Positions 7,749 through 16,206 of a DNA stretch of 43,010 nt are shown one piece after another. The notes under the pieces were generated by a model that saw only the letters and a program-made list of their open reading frames with translations, was not told where the DNA came from and did not search any database. How positions within the stretch are numbered: the stretch's first letter is position 1; each line of letters opens with the position of its first letter. Source of the DNA: Parcubacteria group bacterium (GTDB taxonomy: Bacteria > Patescibacteriota > Minisyncoccia > Phycocordibacterales > JACNGX01); contig JACNGX010000021.1 of NCBI GenBank assembly GCA_014383885.1, positions 1 through 43,010 on the forward strand, read 5' to 3'. Made by a program: the position numbers and the translations under genes.

Positions 7749-9134
7749 TTATCCAACAACAATCCGCACAAAGCGATGTTTTCCGATACGATACGTATGT
7801 GTCGTTTCAATAACCATATCAATACTGGTCACCGTTTCTTTTGTTTCGAGAATATGCACCCCTCCCTGTGTGACAAGACGACGCGCATCGCTTTTTGAAT
7901 TTGCAAATCCGCGCTGCGCCAAAATATCTACCAATTTTTCTCCTTTTTGTGCGGTAATTTCTTCCACCTCTTCAGGAATCTCCTTTTTTGAAAACGTACT
8001 GATGAATATCTCTCGTGCCGTATCCGCCGCCAAAGTGCCGTGATAAATTGCCACAATCTGATGTGCAAGAGACAGTTTCGCGTCTTTCGGATTCACCGTT
8101 CCTTTCTTCATGCCACGCACAATATCTTCCACATCTTTCGGAGGCGTAAATGTGGTGAGGGTGAAATACTGCTCAATCGCACCATCAGGTACCGACATCA
8201 CTTTCCCAAACATATCCACCGGACTCTCGGTGATAGCAATATAGTTATCCAAACTCTTGCTCATCTTTTCTTTTCCTTCTGTTCCTACAAGAATATCCAT
8301 CGCCACAACCGCCTGCTGCTCTATTCCATTTACTTTCATCACATCACGCCCCACGTGCATATTGAAAAACTGATCAGACCCACCAATTTCCACATCACAC
8401 GATCCGTATATGCGAGAAAGTACTACCGAATCAATTCCTTGCAACACCGGATACATCACTTCATGCATGTAGAGTTCTTTTTCGCTTTTAATACGCTCTT
8501 GAAACATATCACGCTCGAGCAACCTGCTATGGGTAATGTGCCTCAGTGTGGCAATCATACCGCGCATGGTGATATTCATAATTTCCTTCTTACCAATCTT
8601 TTTCTGCATGCGAGTATTTTCAAAGAGAAGTGCCTTCCCCAAAAACGACCGCGGATTGATGGGAGTAACCCCCAAACGCATCAAGAGTCCTTTTTTTGGT
8701 TCCATATCCGACACCGACAAAAACCAATCGGAGTTGCGAATCCATGAAAACACTTCCGGCTTAGTGGAAAGCACCTTCCCCACCTGATCCAAATATGTCT
8801 GCATATTTACCTCAACTTCACGTTGATCGATTTCCGGACGTACCTTGCTTTTCCCCGAAGGGTCACCTATTTTTGCAGTGAAATCCCCCACCAAAAAGAC
8901 CACCGTACAACCGATATCCTGCAAGGCGCGAAGTTTGCGCAACACGACAGCGTGCCCAAGGTGAATGTCCGGACGTGTCGGATCCACACCGAATTTCACA
9001 ATAATCTTTCCTTCATACTCGCCACGCATCTTCGCCTCAAGTTTTTTTCTTAACACATTCTCAGGGTCAACCCATTCCGTCACTCCTCGAGAAAATATCG
9101 TATCAAGTATTGATCGAATCTCTTTTTCGTCCAT
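7749..9134 (-). CDS. tyrS: Tyrosyl-tRNA synthetase.
   Basis: HIGH-class motif HLGH, KMSKS motif, and a C-terminal S4-like domain. 461 aa with an internal insertion. Confidence 0.9.
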   Translation of the reverse strand: MDEKEIRSILDTIFSRGVTEWVDPENVLRKKLEAKMRGEYEGKIIVKFGVDPTRPDIHLGHAVVLRKLRALQDIGCTVVFLVGDFTAKIGDPSGKSKVRPEIDQREVEVNMQTYLDQVGKVLSTKPEVFSWIRNSDWFLSVSDMEPKKGLLMRLGVTPINPRSFLGKALLFENTRMQKKIGKKEIMNITMRGMIATLRHITHSRLLERDMFQERIKSEKELYMHEVMYPVLQGIDSVVLSRIYGSCDVEIGGSDQFFNMHVGRDVMKVNGIEQQAVVAMDILVGTEGKEKMSKSLDNYIAITESPVDMFGKVMSVPDGAIEQYFTLTTFTPPKDVEDIVRGMKKGTVNPKDAKLSLAHQIVAIYHGTLAADTAREIFISTFSKKEIPEEVEEITAQKGEKLVDILAQRGFANSKSDARRLVTQGGVHILETKETVTSIDMVIETTHTYRIGKHRFVRIVVG

Positions 9135-9196
9135 ATTGTCTTGTAATATACCATATTGTGGGTAAATATCCTATATGTGTGTTTTGAAAAGCAAAG

Positions 9197-9219
9197 TTCG
9201 TATATGTTCGTACTTCGTA
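9197..9219 (-). repeat. Three-hexamer motif in inverted orientation: TTCGTA-tatg-TTCGTA-c-TTCGTA.
   Basis: Read directly. It sits immediately upstream of a TATACT box and the PBP start at 9241. Confidence 0.8.
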
Positions 9220-9240
9220 ACCATGCTATACTCTAATGGT

Positions 9241-11766
9241 ATGAAAAAACAAAAGAAGAGACATCGCATGTGGCACACTATGAAAACAGGGTTTATTGTT
9301 CTTTTCAGTGTTGGCCTTGTTTCACTGGGGGCACTACTTCTTTGGGCTGCGCTTATTCCACTCCCTGATTTCCATGCCTTTGAAGAGCGTGTCGTTGCTC
9401 AATCAACAAAAATATATGACCGTACCGGCGAGGTACTTCTCTACGACGTACATGAAGACATTACTCGCACTGTCGTGGATGGGAACGAGATCGCCCAAGT
9501 GATGAAAGACGCAACAATTGCGATTGAAGATGCCACTTTTTACGAACACGCTGGTGTTCGTCCGCTTGCTACACTGCGCGCCGTTTTTCTCCAACCGGTT
9601 CGTGGTAAAGGGGTGCAGGGAGGGTCCACCATCACCCAACAGGTGATAAAAAATACCCTTCTTACAAACGAACGCACTGTCCAACGAAAAATTAAGGAAT
9701 GGGTATTATCGTTTCGTCTTGAGCAAGTCTATTCAAAAGATGACATTCTCACACTTTACCTTAATGAAGCTCCATACGGAGGGACTATATACGGTATAGA
9801 GGAAGCATCTCTTGCCTTTTTTGGAGTGAACGCAAGTGAACTTACGCTTCCTCAGGCAGCAGTACTTGCCGCACTACCTCAGGCACCGACATACTACTCT
9901 CCCTACGGAAACAATACCCCAGCGCTAGGTGAACGAAAAAATCTTGTTCTCTATCGTATGTTTGAGGAGGGAATGATTTCAGAAAAAGAATATTCAGATG
10001 CGAAGAAAGAAGAAATTGTATTTCTCCCCCAGCGTGACACCGGTATCAAAGCTCCCCACTTTGTGATGTATGTTATTTCATACCTCGAAGAAACATACGG
10101 GAAAGAAGTTATAGAGCAGGGAGGGCTTGAAGTGATTACCACTCTCGATTATGAACTCCAAGCACAAGCAGAAGAAATCGTCAATCGGTACGCACTTGAA
10201 AACACTGAAAAATTCAATGCGGAAAATGCCGGACTTATTGCCACTGATCCAAAGACCGGACAGATTTTGGTCATGGTCGGATCCCGTGATTATTTTGACC
10301 CCGACATTGATGGAAACTTTAATGTTGCTATTGACCCTAATCGTCAACCCGGTTCGGCATTCAAGCCATTTGTATACGCCACTGCATTTGAAAAGGGGTA
10401 TACACCCGACACTGTCGTTTTTGATCTTCCCACTGTTTTTGATACCCGATGTAATCCCGACGGCACCCCCGCATACTCTGAAGTTGACGCAAAGGATTGT
10501 TATGCGCCGGTTAATTACGATGGGAAGTACAGTGGTCCAATAAGCCTTCGTGATGCACTTGCTCAGTCGGTCAATGTGCCGGCGGTAAAAACTCTGTATC
10601 TTGCAGGGCTTCAAGACTCACTCCAAACAGCAAAAGACATGGGTATTTCCGGACTCGGTGACATTGGTCAATATGGGCTCACTCTCGTATTGGGAGGTGG
10701 GGAAGTATCACTTCTCGATATGACAAACGCATACGGTACATTTGCCTCCGAAGGAGTATACCAAAACGAGTCTGCAATTCTCTCTATTACCGATTCATCA
10801 GGTCGTGAACTTGAGACGTGGGACAACACCTCTCGTCGTGTCATAGACACAGAGATCACCCGACTCATTTCCGATGTCCTTTCTGATAATACCGCTCGCA
10901 CGCCGGCATTCGGCGCAAATTCGTATCTCCACTTCGGCAATCGTGATGTTGCTGTAAAAACAGGGACCACCAATGATTATCGCGATGCCTGGATCATAGG
11001 ATACACGCCTTCACTATCAGTTGGTGCATGGGCGGGAAACAACGACAACTCTCCTATGGAGAAAAAAGTTGCTGGTTTTATTATCGCACCACTCTGGAAC
11101 GAGTTTATGCAGATCGTACTTGAGACCCTTCCCTACGAATCATTCACTGATCCAGCACCGACAAACAAACAGATTCCACCTGTTTTGCGCGGTATCTGGC
11201 AAGGAGGAAAAACATACACTATTGATGCCATAAGCGGTAATCTCGCAACAAAATACACACCAGAAGAAACACGGGAAGAAATCGCTATTGAAAATGTACA
11301 CACGATTCTCTATTGGGTTGATAGAGATAACCCACTTACACAAGAGCAACCAACCAGACCTGAAAAAGACCCTCAATTTATTCTCTGGGAAGAACCGGTA
11401 TTAGCATGGGCACAAAAGGAGGGATACAATACGGGAGGAGACACTTCCATACCCACTACCTATGATTCTATTCACATACCTGAAAACATACCTGATGTCA
11501 CTATTCTTGAACCAAAAAAGAAAGGGCAGTACACATCAAGTGAGTTTATCGATGTTGAGCTTGAATATGAAAGTACATACCCGATTACAAAAATTGACTT
11601 CTTTGTAAATGGTATGTTTATTGGGTCATCACACCAATCACCGTTTTCGTTTTCATTCTCTCCACAACAAATATCGAATATCCAAACAGAAAACACATTG
11701 AAGGTCATCGCTACCGACGCAGTGTTTAATAAAGGAGAATCTACAACACAATTTAAGGTGTGGTAG
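9241..11766 (+). CDS. Class A penicillin-binding protein (GT51 transglycosylase plus transpeptidase) with a C-terminal Ig-like extension.
   Basis: N-terminal TM helix. Glycosyltransferase motifs (EDATFYEHAGV, GGSTITQQ). Transpeptidase motifs SAFKPF (SxxK), SVN and KTGTT. The ORF track starts at 9175, but that extension contains the TTCGTA array, so the first ATG after it (9241, MKKQKK...) is preferred. Confidence 0.85.
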   Translation: MKKQKKRHRMWHTMKTGFIVLFSVGLVSLGALLLWAALIPLPDFHAFEERVVAQSTKIYDRTGEVLLYDVHEDITRTVVDGNEIAQVMKDATIAIEDATFYEHAGVRPLATLRAVFLQPVRGKGVQGGSTITQQVIKNTLLTNERTVQRKIKEWVLSFRLEQVYSKDDILTLYLNEAPYGGTIYGIEEASLAFFGVNASELTLPQAAVLAALPQAPTYYSPYGNNTPALGERKNLVLYRMFEEGMISEKEYSDAKKEEIVFLPQRDTGIKAPHFVMYVISYLEETYGKEVIEQGGLEVITTLDYELQAQAEEIVNRYALENTEKFNAENAGLIATDPKTGQILVMVGSRDYFDPDIDGNFNVAIDPNRQPGSAFKPFVYATAFEKGYTPDTVVFDLPTVFDTRCNPDGTPAYSEVDAKDCYAPVNYDGKYSGPISLRDALAQSVNVPAVKTLYLAGLQDSLQTAKDMGISGLGDIGQYGLTLVLGGGEVSLLDMTNAYGTFASEGVYQNESAILSITDSSGRELETWDNTSRRVIDTEITRLISDVLSDNTARTPAFGANSYLHFGNRDVAVKTGTTNDYRDAWIIGYTPSLSVGAWAGNNDNSPMEKKVAGFIIAPLWNEFMQIVLETLPYESFTDPAPTNKQIPPVLRGIWQGGKTYTIDAISGNLATKYTPEETREEIAIENVHTILYWVDRDNPLTQEQPTRPEKDPQFILWEEPVLAWAQKEGYNTGGDTSIPTTYDSIHIPENIPDVTILEPKKKGQYTSSEFIDVELEYESTYPITKIDFFVNGMFIGSSHQSPFSFSFSPQQISNIQTENTLKVIATDAVFNKGESTTQFKVW

Positions 11767-11859
11767 ATATAAAAAACAAAAAAGGAATATGGAATACGTA
11801 TACAAGCGCGGCAACCAACAGTTACCGCGCTTGTATACGAAACAATACACCTGAATATA

Positions 11860-12117
11860 CTACCGAATATCTCGCGGAGTACTATCACTGAGTGTTTTTT
11901 TGATATTGGAAAGAATAGCTTCTTTTCGCATCATTACTTCTGTTTTTATGAGTGGACTTGTTTCGAGATACACCACCCCTTTTTGCACGTTCACGTCGCT
12001 GATATTGAGTAATATATTATAATCCGACTCAAGTACCCTCACTATCTCTTTCCGTACCGACTCATCAGGAGGAGTGATAGAGGTGAACTTTTTTAAAAGT
12101 GTGGTGATGTGGTCCAT
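11860..12117 (-). CDS. Small DUF721/DciA-like protein (putative ancestral helicase-loader family).
   Basis: 85 aa ending in KGVVYLETSPLIKTEVMMRKEAILSNIKK, resembling the DUF721 core. It sits directly downstream of dnaN, which is the typical DciA context. Assigned by pattern only. Confidence 0.4.
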   Translation of the reverse strand: MDHITTLLKKFTSITPPDESVRKEIVRVLESDYNILLNISDVNVQKGVVYLETSPLIKTEVMMRKEAILSNIKKTLSDSTPRDIR

Positions 12118-12123
12118 ATATAG

Positions 12124-13224
12124 TTACCGGTTCATCGGCATCACAAGTGAGAGAAATGATTGATCACCAACTGACTCAATAATGAGTGGTTTATTTTCTC
12201 CTGCAAATGACACAGACACACTATCTCCTGAAAGTGAAGGGAAACTATCGGTAATGTATTTGTAATTCACATTAATAGTAATTAGTTCACCTGATAGTGA
12301 TGCTTGTAATGGTACTCGACTTTCTCCTACATCCGTATTTTTTGTTTCGATGATGTATGTCTTTTCTTTTGGATTCAGTGACATGGTTACTTGTTTAAAT
12401 GTGTTGGAAAACACTATACTCACCTTAAATGCATCGGTGAAATCTTTTTTAAGTACAATAGCAGTTGTTGAATATTCTTTTGGTATAATTTGGCGATAAT
12501 CAGGGAATGACCCATCAATAATGCGGGAAGTCACATACACACCCTCTTTCTCAAAGACAATCTGATGATCATTGAATCGAATATCCACATCCCCACTTAA
12601 TTGCTCGAATATTCTAATAATTTCCAAAGTGTTTTTATGAGGGATAAGTATTCCACCCCAATCATTCACATTTTTATGAGGTATTTTCTTTTCTGCTAAT
12701 CGAAACGAATCAGTTGCAACAAATACCAACATATCATGTTCAGGATACATATACACACTTCCAAGTTCAGGTTTTACATCTGAAAGCGATGAGCTATACA
12801 CCACGCTTTTTAATCCCTCAACAAGTTTTTTTACCGGAAGAGAAAAACTTGTCCCTTGATCAACAACAGGTAGTGAAGGAAATTCTTCCGGAGAAAGGCA
12901 TTTAATAAGTGTATTATTTCCTTGTATTGAAATGGTGAGATTTCCTTCTTTCTCCTCAACTTCAAGAGTACCGTCTCCTGAAATACCTGAAAGAAAACCA
13001 CTGAATACAGATGCTGGCACTGCAACAATACCATCACGATCACTTTTTACTGGAAGCTCTATTTCAACACCAATATCAAGATTGGTTGCGCGAATCATCA
13101 TACGCTTTCCTGAAACCTCAAGAATGATTGATGAGAGAATAGGGAGTGAGAGATTTTTCCCTGTTATTTTCTCCACAAGAGAAATTGTTTCGGAAAGAAG
13201 TTTTTTTGGACATGAACATTTCAT
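12124..13224 (-). CDS. dnaN: DNA polymerase III beta sliding clamp.
   Basis: 366 aa with a three-domain clamp-like organisation. Located immediately downstream of dnaA. Confidence 0.9.
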   Translation of the reverse strand: MKCSCPKKLLSETISLVEKITGKNLSLPILSSIILEVSGKRMMIRATNLDIGVEIELPVKSDRDGIVAVPASVFSGFLSGISGDGTLEVEEKEGNLTISIQGNNTLIKCLSPEEFPSLPVVDQGTSFSLPVKKLVEGLKSVVYSSSLSDVKPELGSVYMYPEHDMLVFVATDSFRLAEKKIPHKNVNDWGGILIPHKNTLEIIRIFEQLSGDVDIRFNDHQIVFEKEGVYVTSRIIDGSFPDYRQIIPKEYSTTAIVLKKDFTDAFKVSIVFSNTFKQVTMSLNPKEKTYIIETKNTDVGESRVPLQASLSGELITINVNYKYITDSFPSLSGDSVSVSFAGENKPLIIESVGDQSFLSLVMPMNR

Positions 13225-13485
13225 ATATGATTATCCCCAAGGGTGTTTTGTATATTATTAAATAAAATTATTATTATTATAAGTACAGTGGAAAAGTGGA
13301 AAGATGAAAATCTTTATACATAGTAAGGATTGAATAGGAATATGTGATGTGTATAAGAATAGTGTATAAAGCAGAAAAGTTTTTATTTGTGTATAAATAA
13401 CAATATCTATTTTCTTTTCCACATACTATTATATGTTTGTACACATAAATCTCCATAGATATTTCCAGATAGTTACCCACATGTT
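13225..13485. other. Candidate oriC region in the dnaA-dnaN intergenic spacer (AT-rich, with DnaA-box-like 9-mers).
   Basis: Five one-mismatch DnaA boxes: 13231-13239 TTATCCcCA, 13348-13356 TGTGtATAA, 13388-13396 TGTGtATAA, 13425-13433 TTtTCCACA, 13473-13481 TTAcCCACA. AT-rich tract at 13251-13290. Confidence 0.55.
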
Positions 13486-14817
13486 TTACACTAGTGATCG
13501 AATTTTTTCCACTTCACTCCGAAGAGTATCATCATCATTTAAATCTCTTTTCATTTTATCACACGAATGCATAACTGTTGTATGATCTCTTCCACCCAGG
13601 TTTTTTCCGATCATTGGGTAAGAAGCACTATAATCCTCTCGTAGGATATACATAACAATTTGTCGTGGCTTCACAATTTCTTTTCGTCTTGTTTTTTCAT
13701 AAATATCTTTTTCAGGAATATCATAGAAGCCAGCCACTATCTTTACTACATCTTTCACAGAGATATTTTTCTTTGGTTTTTCTGTGTTTTTAATAATTCG
13801 TTTTACTTCATTAAGTGTGAGTCCTTTCTCCCCTACTGATGCATGACACATAAGAGTGTTGATAGCTCCTTCAAGTTCTCGGATATTTCCTTCAATAGAA
13901 AGGGCAAGATAATCAATAACATCTTCCGGAACCTCAATACCTCGTGAACGGAGTTTGAGGGTGATAATTGAGCTACGAGCCTCATATTCAGGTTGGTTAA
14001 TATCTACAATCATACCGGCACTAAAACGGGATTTTAGACGCGATTCAAGACCAGGAATGAAGTTGGGGTGCACATCGGATGAGAATATGATCTGCTTATT
14101 GCTATCATAGAGAGCATTAAAGACGTGAAAGAGCTCTTCTTGGGTTTTTTCTTTATTAGAAAGAAATTGAATATCATCCATAATGAGTGTATCAAAGTTA
14201 CGATACTTTTCTTTGAAGACATTTGTTGTGTCATTTTGAAGAGAAGAAATATAGTCAACAAGAAATTTTTCCGATGTGATGTAGAGTACCCGCTTCTTCA
14301 AATCTTTTTTCAAGTGATTACCCACTGACTGGATAAGATGTGTCTTTCCAACTCCCGTTCCTCCGTACACAAAAAGTGGGTTATAGGTAGTGCCTGGATT
14401 TTTGAGAATCGCTTGCGCTGCTGCGTATGCGAGATTATTAAATGATCCAACAATAAAAGAATCAAATGTATAGCGTGGGTTGAGATTACTCTCCTTATCT
14501 ACATATACATCAGCGAGTGGAAGTTCCCCTGCTTTATATTTCTGATTTTTTCTCTCTTCTTCTTTTGGTGCTTTGGCAATAATGTATTCAAGTCCACGTA
14601 CACCGTCGGAGAGTTCACGTAATGATTTCAGAATCATGGTGTGGAATTTTTGAGATAACCACTCTTTCACAAATTCATTCGGCACAGCGACAAACACTGT
14701 TCCTTCATCTTGTTTCGAGATGTATGTATTTCGAAACCATGTACTGAAATTCGCTCGCGAGATTTGCGATTCCACTTCACTAAGTACACTATTCCAGAGT
14801 TGTGAGTTGTCTACCAT
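13486..14817 (-). CDS. dnaA: Chromosomal replication initiator DnaA.
   Basis: AAA+ Walker A GGTGVGKTHL and a C-terminal DNA-binding domain (...TTVMHSCDKM...). The conserved N-terminus MVDNSQLWNSVLSEV suggests the start at 14817 rather than the ORF-track start at 15003. Confidence 0.9.
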   Translation of the reverse strand: MVDNSQLWNSVLSEVESQISRANFSTWFRNTYISKQDEGTVFVAVPNEFVKEWLSQKFHTMILKSLRELSDGVRGLEYIIAKAPKEEERKNQKYKAGELPLADVYVDKESNLNPRYTFDSFIVGSFNNLAYAAAQAILKNPGTTYNPLFVYGGTGVGKTHLIQSVGNHLKKDLKKRVLYITSEKFLVDYISSLQNDTTNVFKEKYRNFDTLIMDDIQFLSNKEKTQEELFHVFNALYDSNKQIIFSSDVHPNFIPGLESRLKSRFSAGMIVDINQPEYEARSSIITLKLRSRGIEVPEDVIDYLALSIEGNIRELEGAINTLMCHASVGEKGLTLNEVKRIIKNTEKPKKNISVKDVVKIVAGFYDIPEKDIYEKTRRKEIVKPRQIVMYILREDYSASYPMIGKNLGGRDHTTVMHSCDKMKRDLNDDDTLRSEVEKIRSLV

Positions 14818-14905
14818 AGAAAGAAAAAAGAATGACGACGAATAAGGTTTGTCTATTATAGTATGAGTGGACACTATGGGGAAACTTGCAAACATTGGAA
14901 AACTC

Positions 14906-14925
14906 TGTTGATAACATGTGGATAA
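14906..14925. promoter_or_regulatory. Tandem DnaA boxes upstream of dnaA: TGTtGATAA-ca-TGTGGATAA (the second is a perfect consensus).
   Basis: Read directly. They lie about 90 nt upstream of dnaA on its coding strand and immediately adjacent to the TACGAA array. Confidence 0.6.
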
Positions 14926-14930
14926 TAAAT

Positions 14931-14961
14931 TACGAATTACGAATCGCGCGAATATACGAAT
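14931..14961 (+). repeat. Full 31-nt motif with a degenerate third unit: TACGAA-t-TACGAA-tcgc-GCGAAT-at-TACGAA.
   Basis: Same 7/10/8 spacing as the other full copies. Confidence 0.75.
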
Positions 14962-15033
14962 ACAACTTTTGTTACAGTACTCAATTTTGTTGTCATCCCG
15001 CACTTAATGTGGGATCTATTTGAGTTTATTACT

Positions 15034-15060
15034 GGATTCCTGGTCAAGCCAGGAATGACA
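15034..15060 (+). repeat. 27-nt hairpin repeat GGATTCCTGGtcaagCCAGGAATGACA.
   Basis: Exact reverse-complement copy at 34833-34859. A related CCAGGAATGACA occurs at 2823-2834. Confidence 0.7.
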
Positions 15061-15104
15061 GATATATGTATTTAGGTAGGTTATTTTCTTAGATTCGTAA
15101 CTGC

Positions 15105-15132
15105 TTGCATTTTAACACCAATACGGTATAGT
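15105..15132 (+). promoter_or_regulatory. rpmH promoter TTGCAT-N16-TATAGT. The ATG lies 9 nt downstream, so the mRNA is probably leaderless.
   Basis: Read directly. Confidence 0.5.
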
Positions 15133-15141
15133 AGTTCCACT

Positions 15142-15276
15142 ATGTCCCAGACGTATAAACCAAAAAATAGAAAACGCAAAACAACACACGGTTTTTTGGT
15201 GCGTAAAGCAACACCAGGGGGTCGTGCAGTGCTTAAGAATCGACGCCGTAAAGGGCGTAGTAAACTTTCCGTGTAA
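15142..15276 (+). CDS. rpmH: 50S ribosomal protein L34.
   Basis: [44 protein letters not shown]. Not in the ORF track because it is under 60 aa. Confidence 0.9.
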   Translation: MSQTYKPKNRKRKTTHGFLVRKATPGGRAVLKNRRRKGRSKLSV

Positions 15277-15336
15277 TCTTTTACATATTTCTTCGGAGAG
15301 CATCCCATACGGGGTGTTTTTCTGTATAATATAGTT

Positions 15337-15678
15337 ATGTTGCCGAAAAATAGACGTATCCCCACACTGTGGTTTAAAGAGCGGTATCGTCGCATCACAA
15401 CACAAAAAAGCCCTCATATATCAATGAGTGTGTTTGAAGCGCATAAAAAAGACTCCCCTACCTGTTTTGCATGTGTGATATCAAAAAAAGGTGGACTCAC
15501 AGCAGTGAAGAGGAATAGTATCCGCCGGCGCGCGTATGCGATTCTTGAAGAATTACTTCCTTCTGTAAAGGGTGGATTGTATTGCACGCTCTCGCTCTCA
15601 AAAGAGGTTGATGGTATGTCGTATGACGAATTGAAAGGACAAATAACAAATCTCTTAAGAAAAAGCAATGTTGTATAG
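15337..15678 (+). CDS. rnpA: RNase P protein component.
   Basis: 113 aa with ...ISKKGGLTAVKRNSIRRRAYAIL..., in the conserved rpmH-rnpA context. Confidence 0.85.
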   Translation: MLPKNRRIPTLWFKERYRRITTQKSPHISMSVFEAHKKDSPTCFACVISKKGGLTAVKRNSIRRRAYAILEELLPSVKGGLYCTLSLSKEVDGMSYDELKGQITNLLRKSNVV

Positions 15679-15682
15679 GTTG

Positions 15683-15728
15683 TGAACATACCAGTGAACA
15701 TACCAAGGTATGTTCACTGGTATGTTCA
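15683..15728. repeat. 46-nt perfect palindrome: two 22-nt arms (TGAACATACCAGTGAACATACC / GGTATGTTCACTGGTATGTTCA) separated by AA.
   Basis: Read directly. It lies between the rnpA stop codon and the yidD start and overlaps yidD's first codons. Confidence 0.8.
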
Positions 15729-15967
15729 TCTCTTCTGTTATTATATTTTTCATCCGTATATATCAAACACTTCTCTCCCCCGAAAAAAGCGTATGGGTGA
15801 AGTGGGGTATTGTGCGTGAGAGAAAGACATGTGTCTTTTACCCCACCTGCTCGGGATACATGATTCTCGCAATAAAAAAATACGGCGTGCGGAAAGGAAT
15901 AAAAAAAGGACTGAATCGCATAAAGCGCTGTATTCCCCAAACTCCCCCATCGGTGGATATGCCATAG
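15710..15967 (+). CDS. yidD: Membrane protein insertion efficiency factor YidD.
   Basis: ...IYQTLLSPEKS...CVFYPTCSGYMILAIKKYG...RCIPQTPPSVD. The start may instead be 15722 (MFISS...). Confidence 0.8.
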   Translation: MFTGMFISSVIIFFIRIYQTLLSPEKSVWVKWGIVRERKTCVFYPTCSGYMILAIKKYGVRKGIKKGLNRIKRCIPQTPPSVDMP

Positions 15968-16167
15968 CTATTTTAAAATGAGAAAAATGAAAAACCCGGA
16001 GCAAGTGCTTCGGGAAAAAGAGTGCCATGATGCCGATATGAGTATCGTGGAAGTGACTTTATTGAAGAAGTACGCGAGGATTTTGAGAAGGAGCGCGTTT
16101 TCTTCGATGCGGTGAAGGTCTGATCTTTTTGTCTTTGCGGCTTTACTTAATGTAAAGTCGCTTTTTC

Positions 16168-16196
16168 TTGCTTTAGAGACTAAAACAGCGTACAAT
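16168..16196 (+). promoter_or_regulatory. yidC promoter TTGCTT-N17-TACAAT, with the ATG 10 nt downstream.
   Basis: Read directly. Confidence 0.45.
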
Positions 16197-16206
16197 AGCT
16201 TGTATT

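Noticed and set aside
9175-9240. Upstream start at 9175 for the PBP gene (ORF-track start).
   Set aside because: The N-terminal extension would be translated through the TTCGTA repeat array and the TATACT promoter-like box. The ATG at 9241 followed by Lys-rich and TM segments is the typical PBP start.
14818-15003. Long upstream extension of dnaA to 15003.
   Set aside because: The conserved DnaA N-terminus (MVDNSQLW) begins at 14817. The extension would run through the DnaA boxes and the repeat array.
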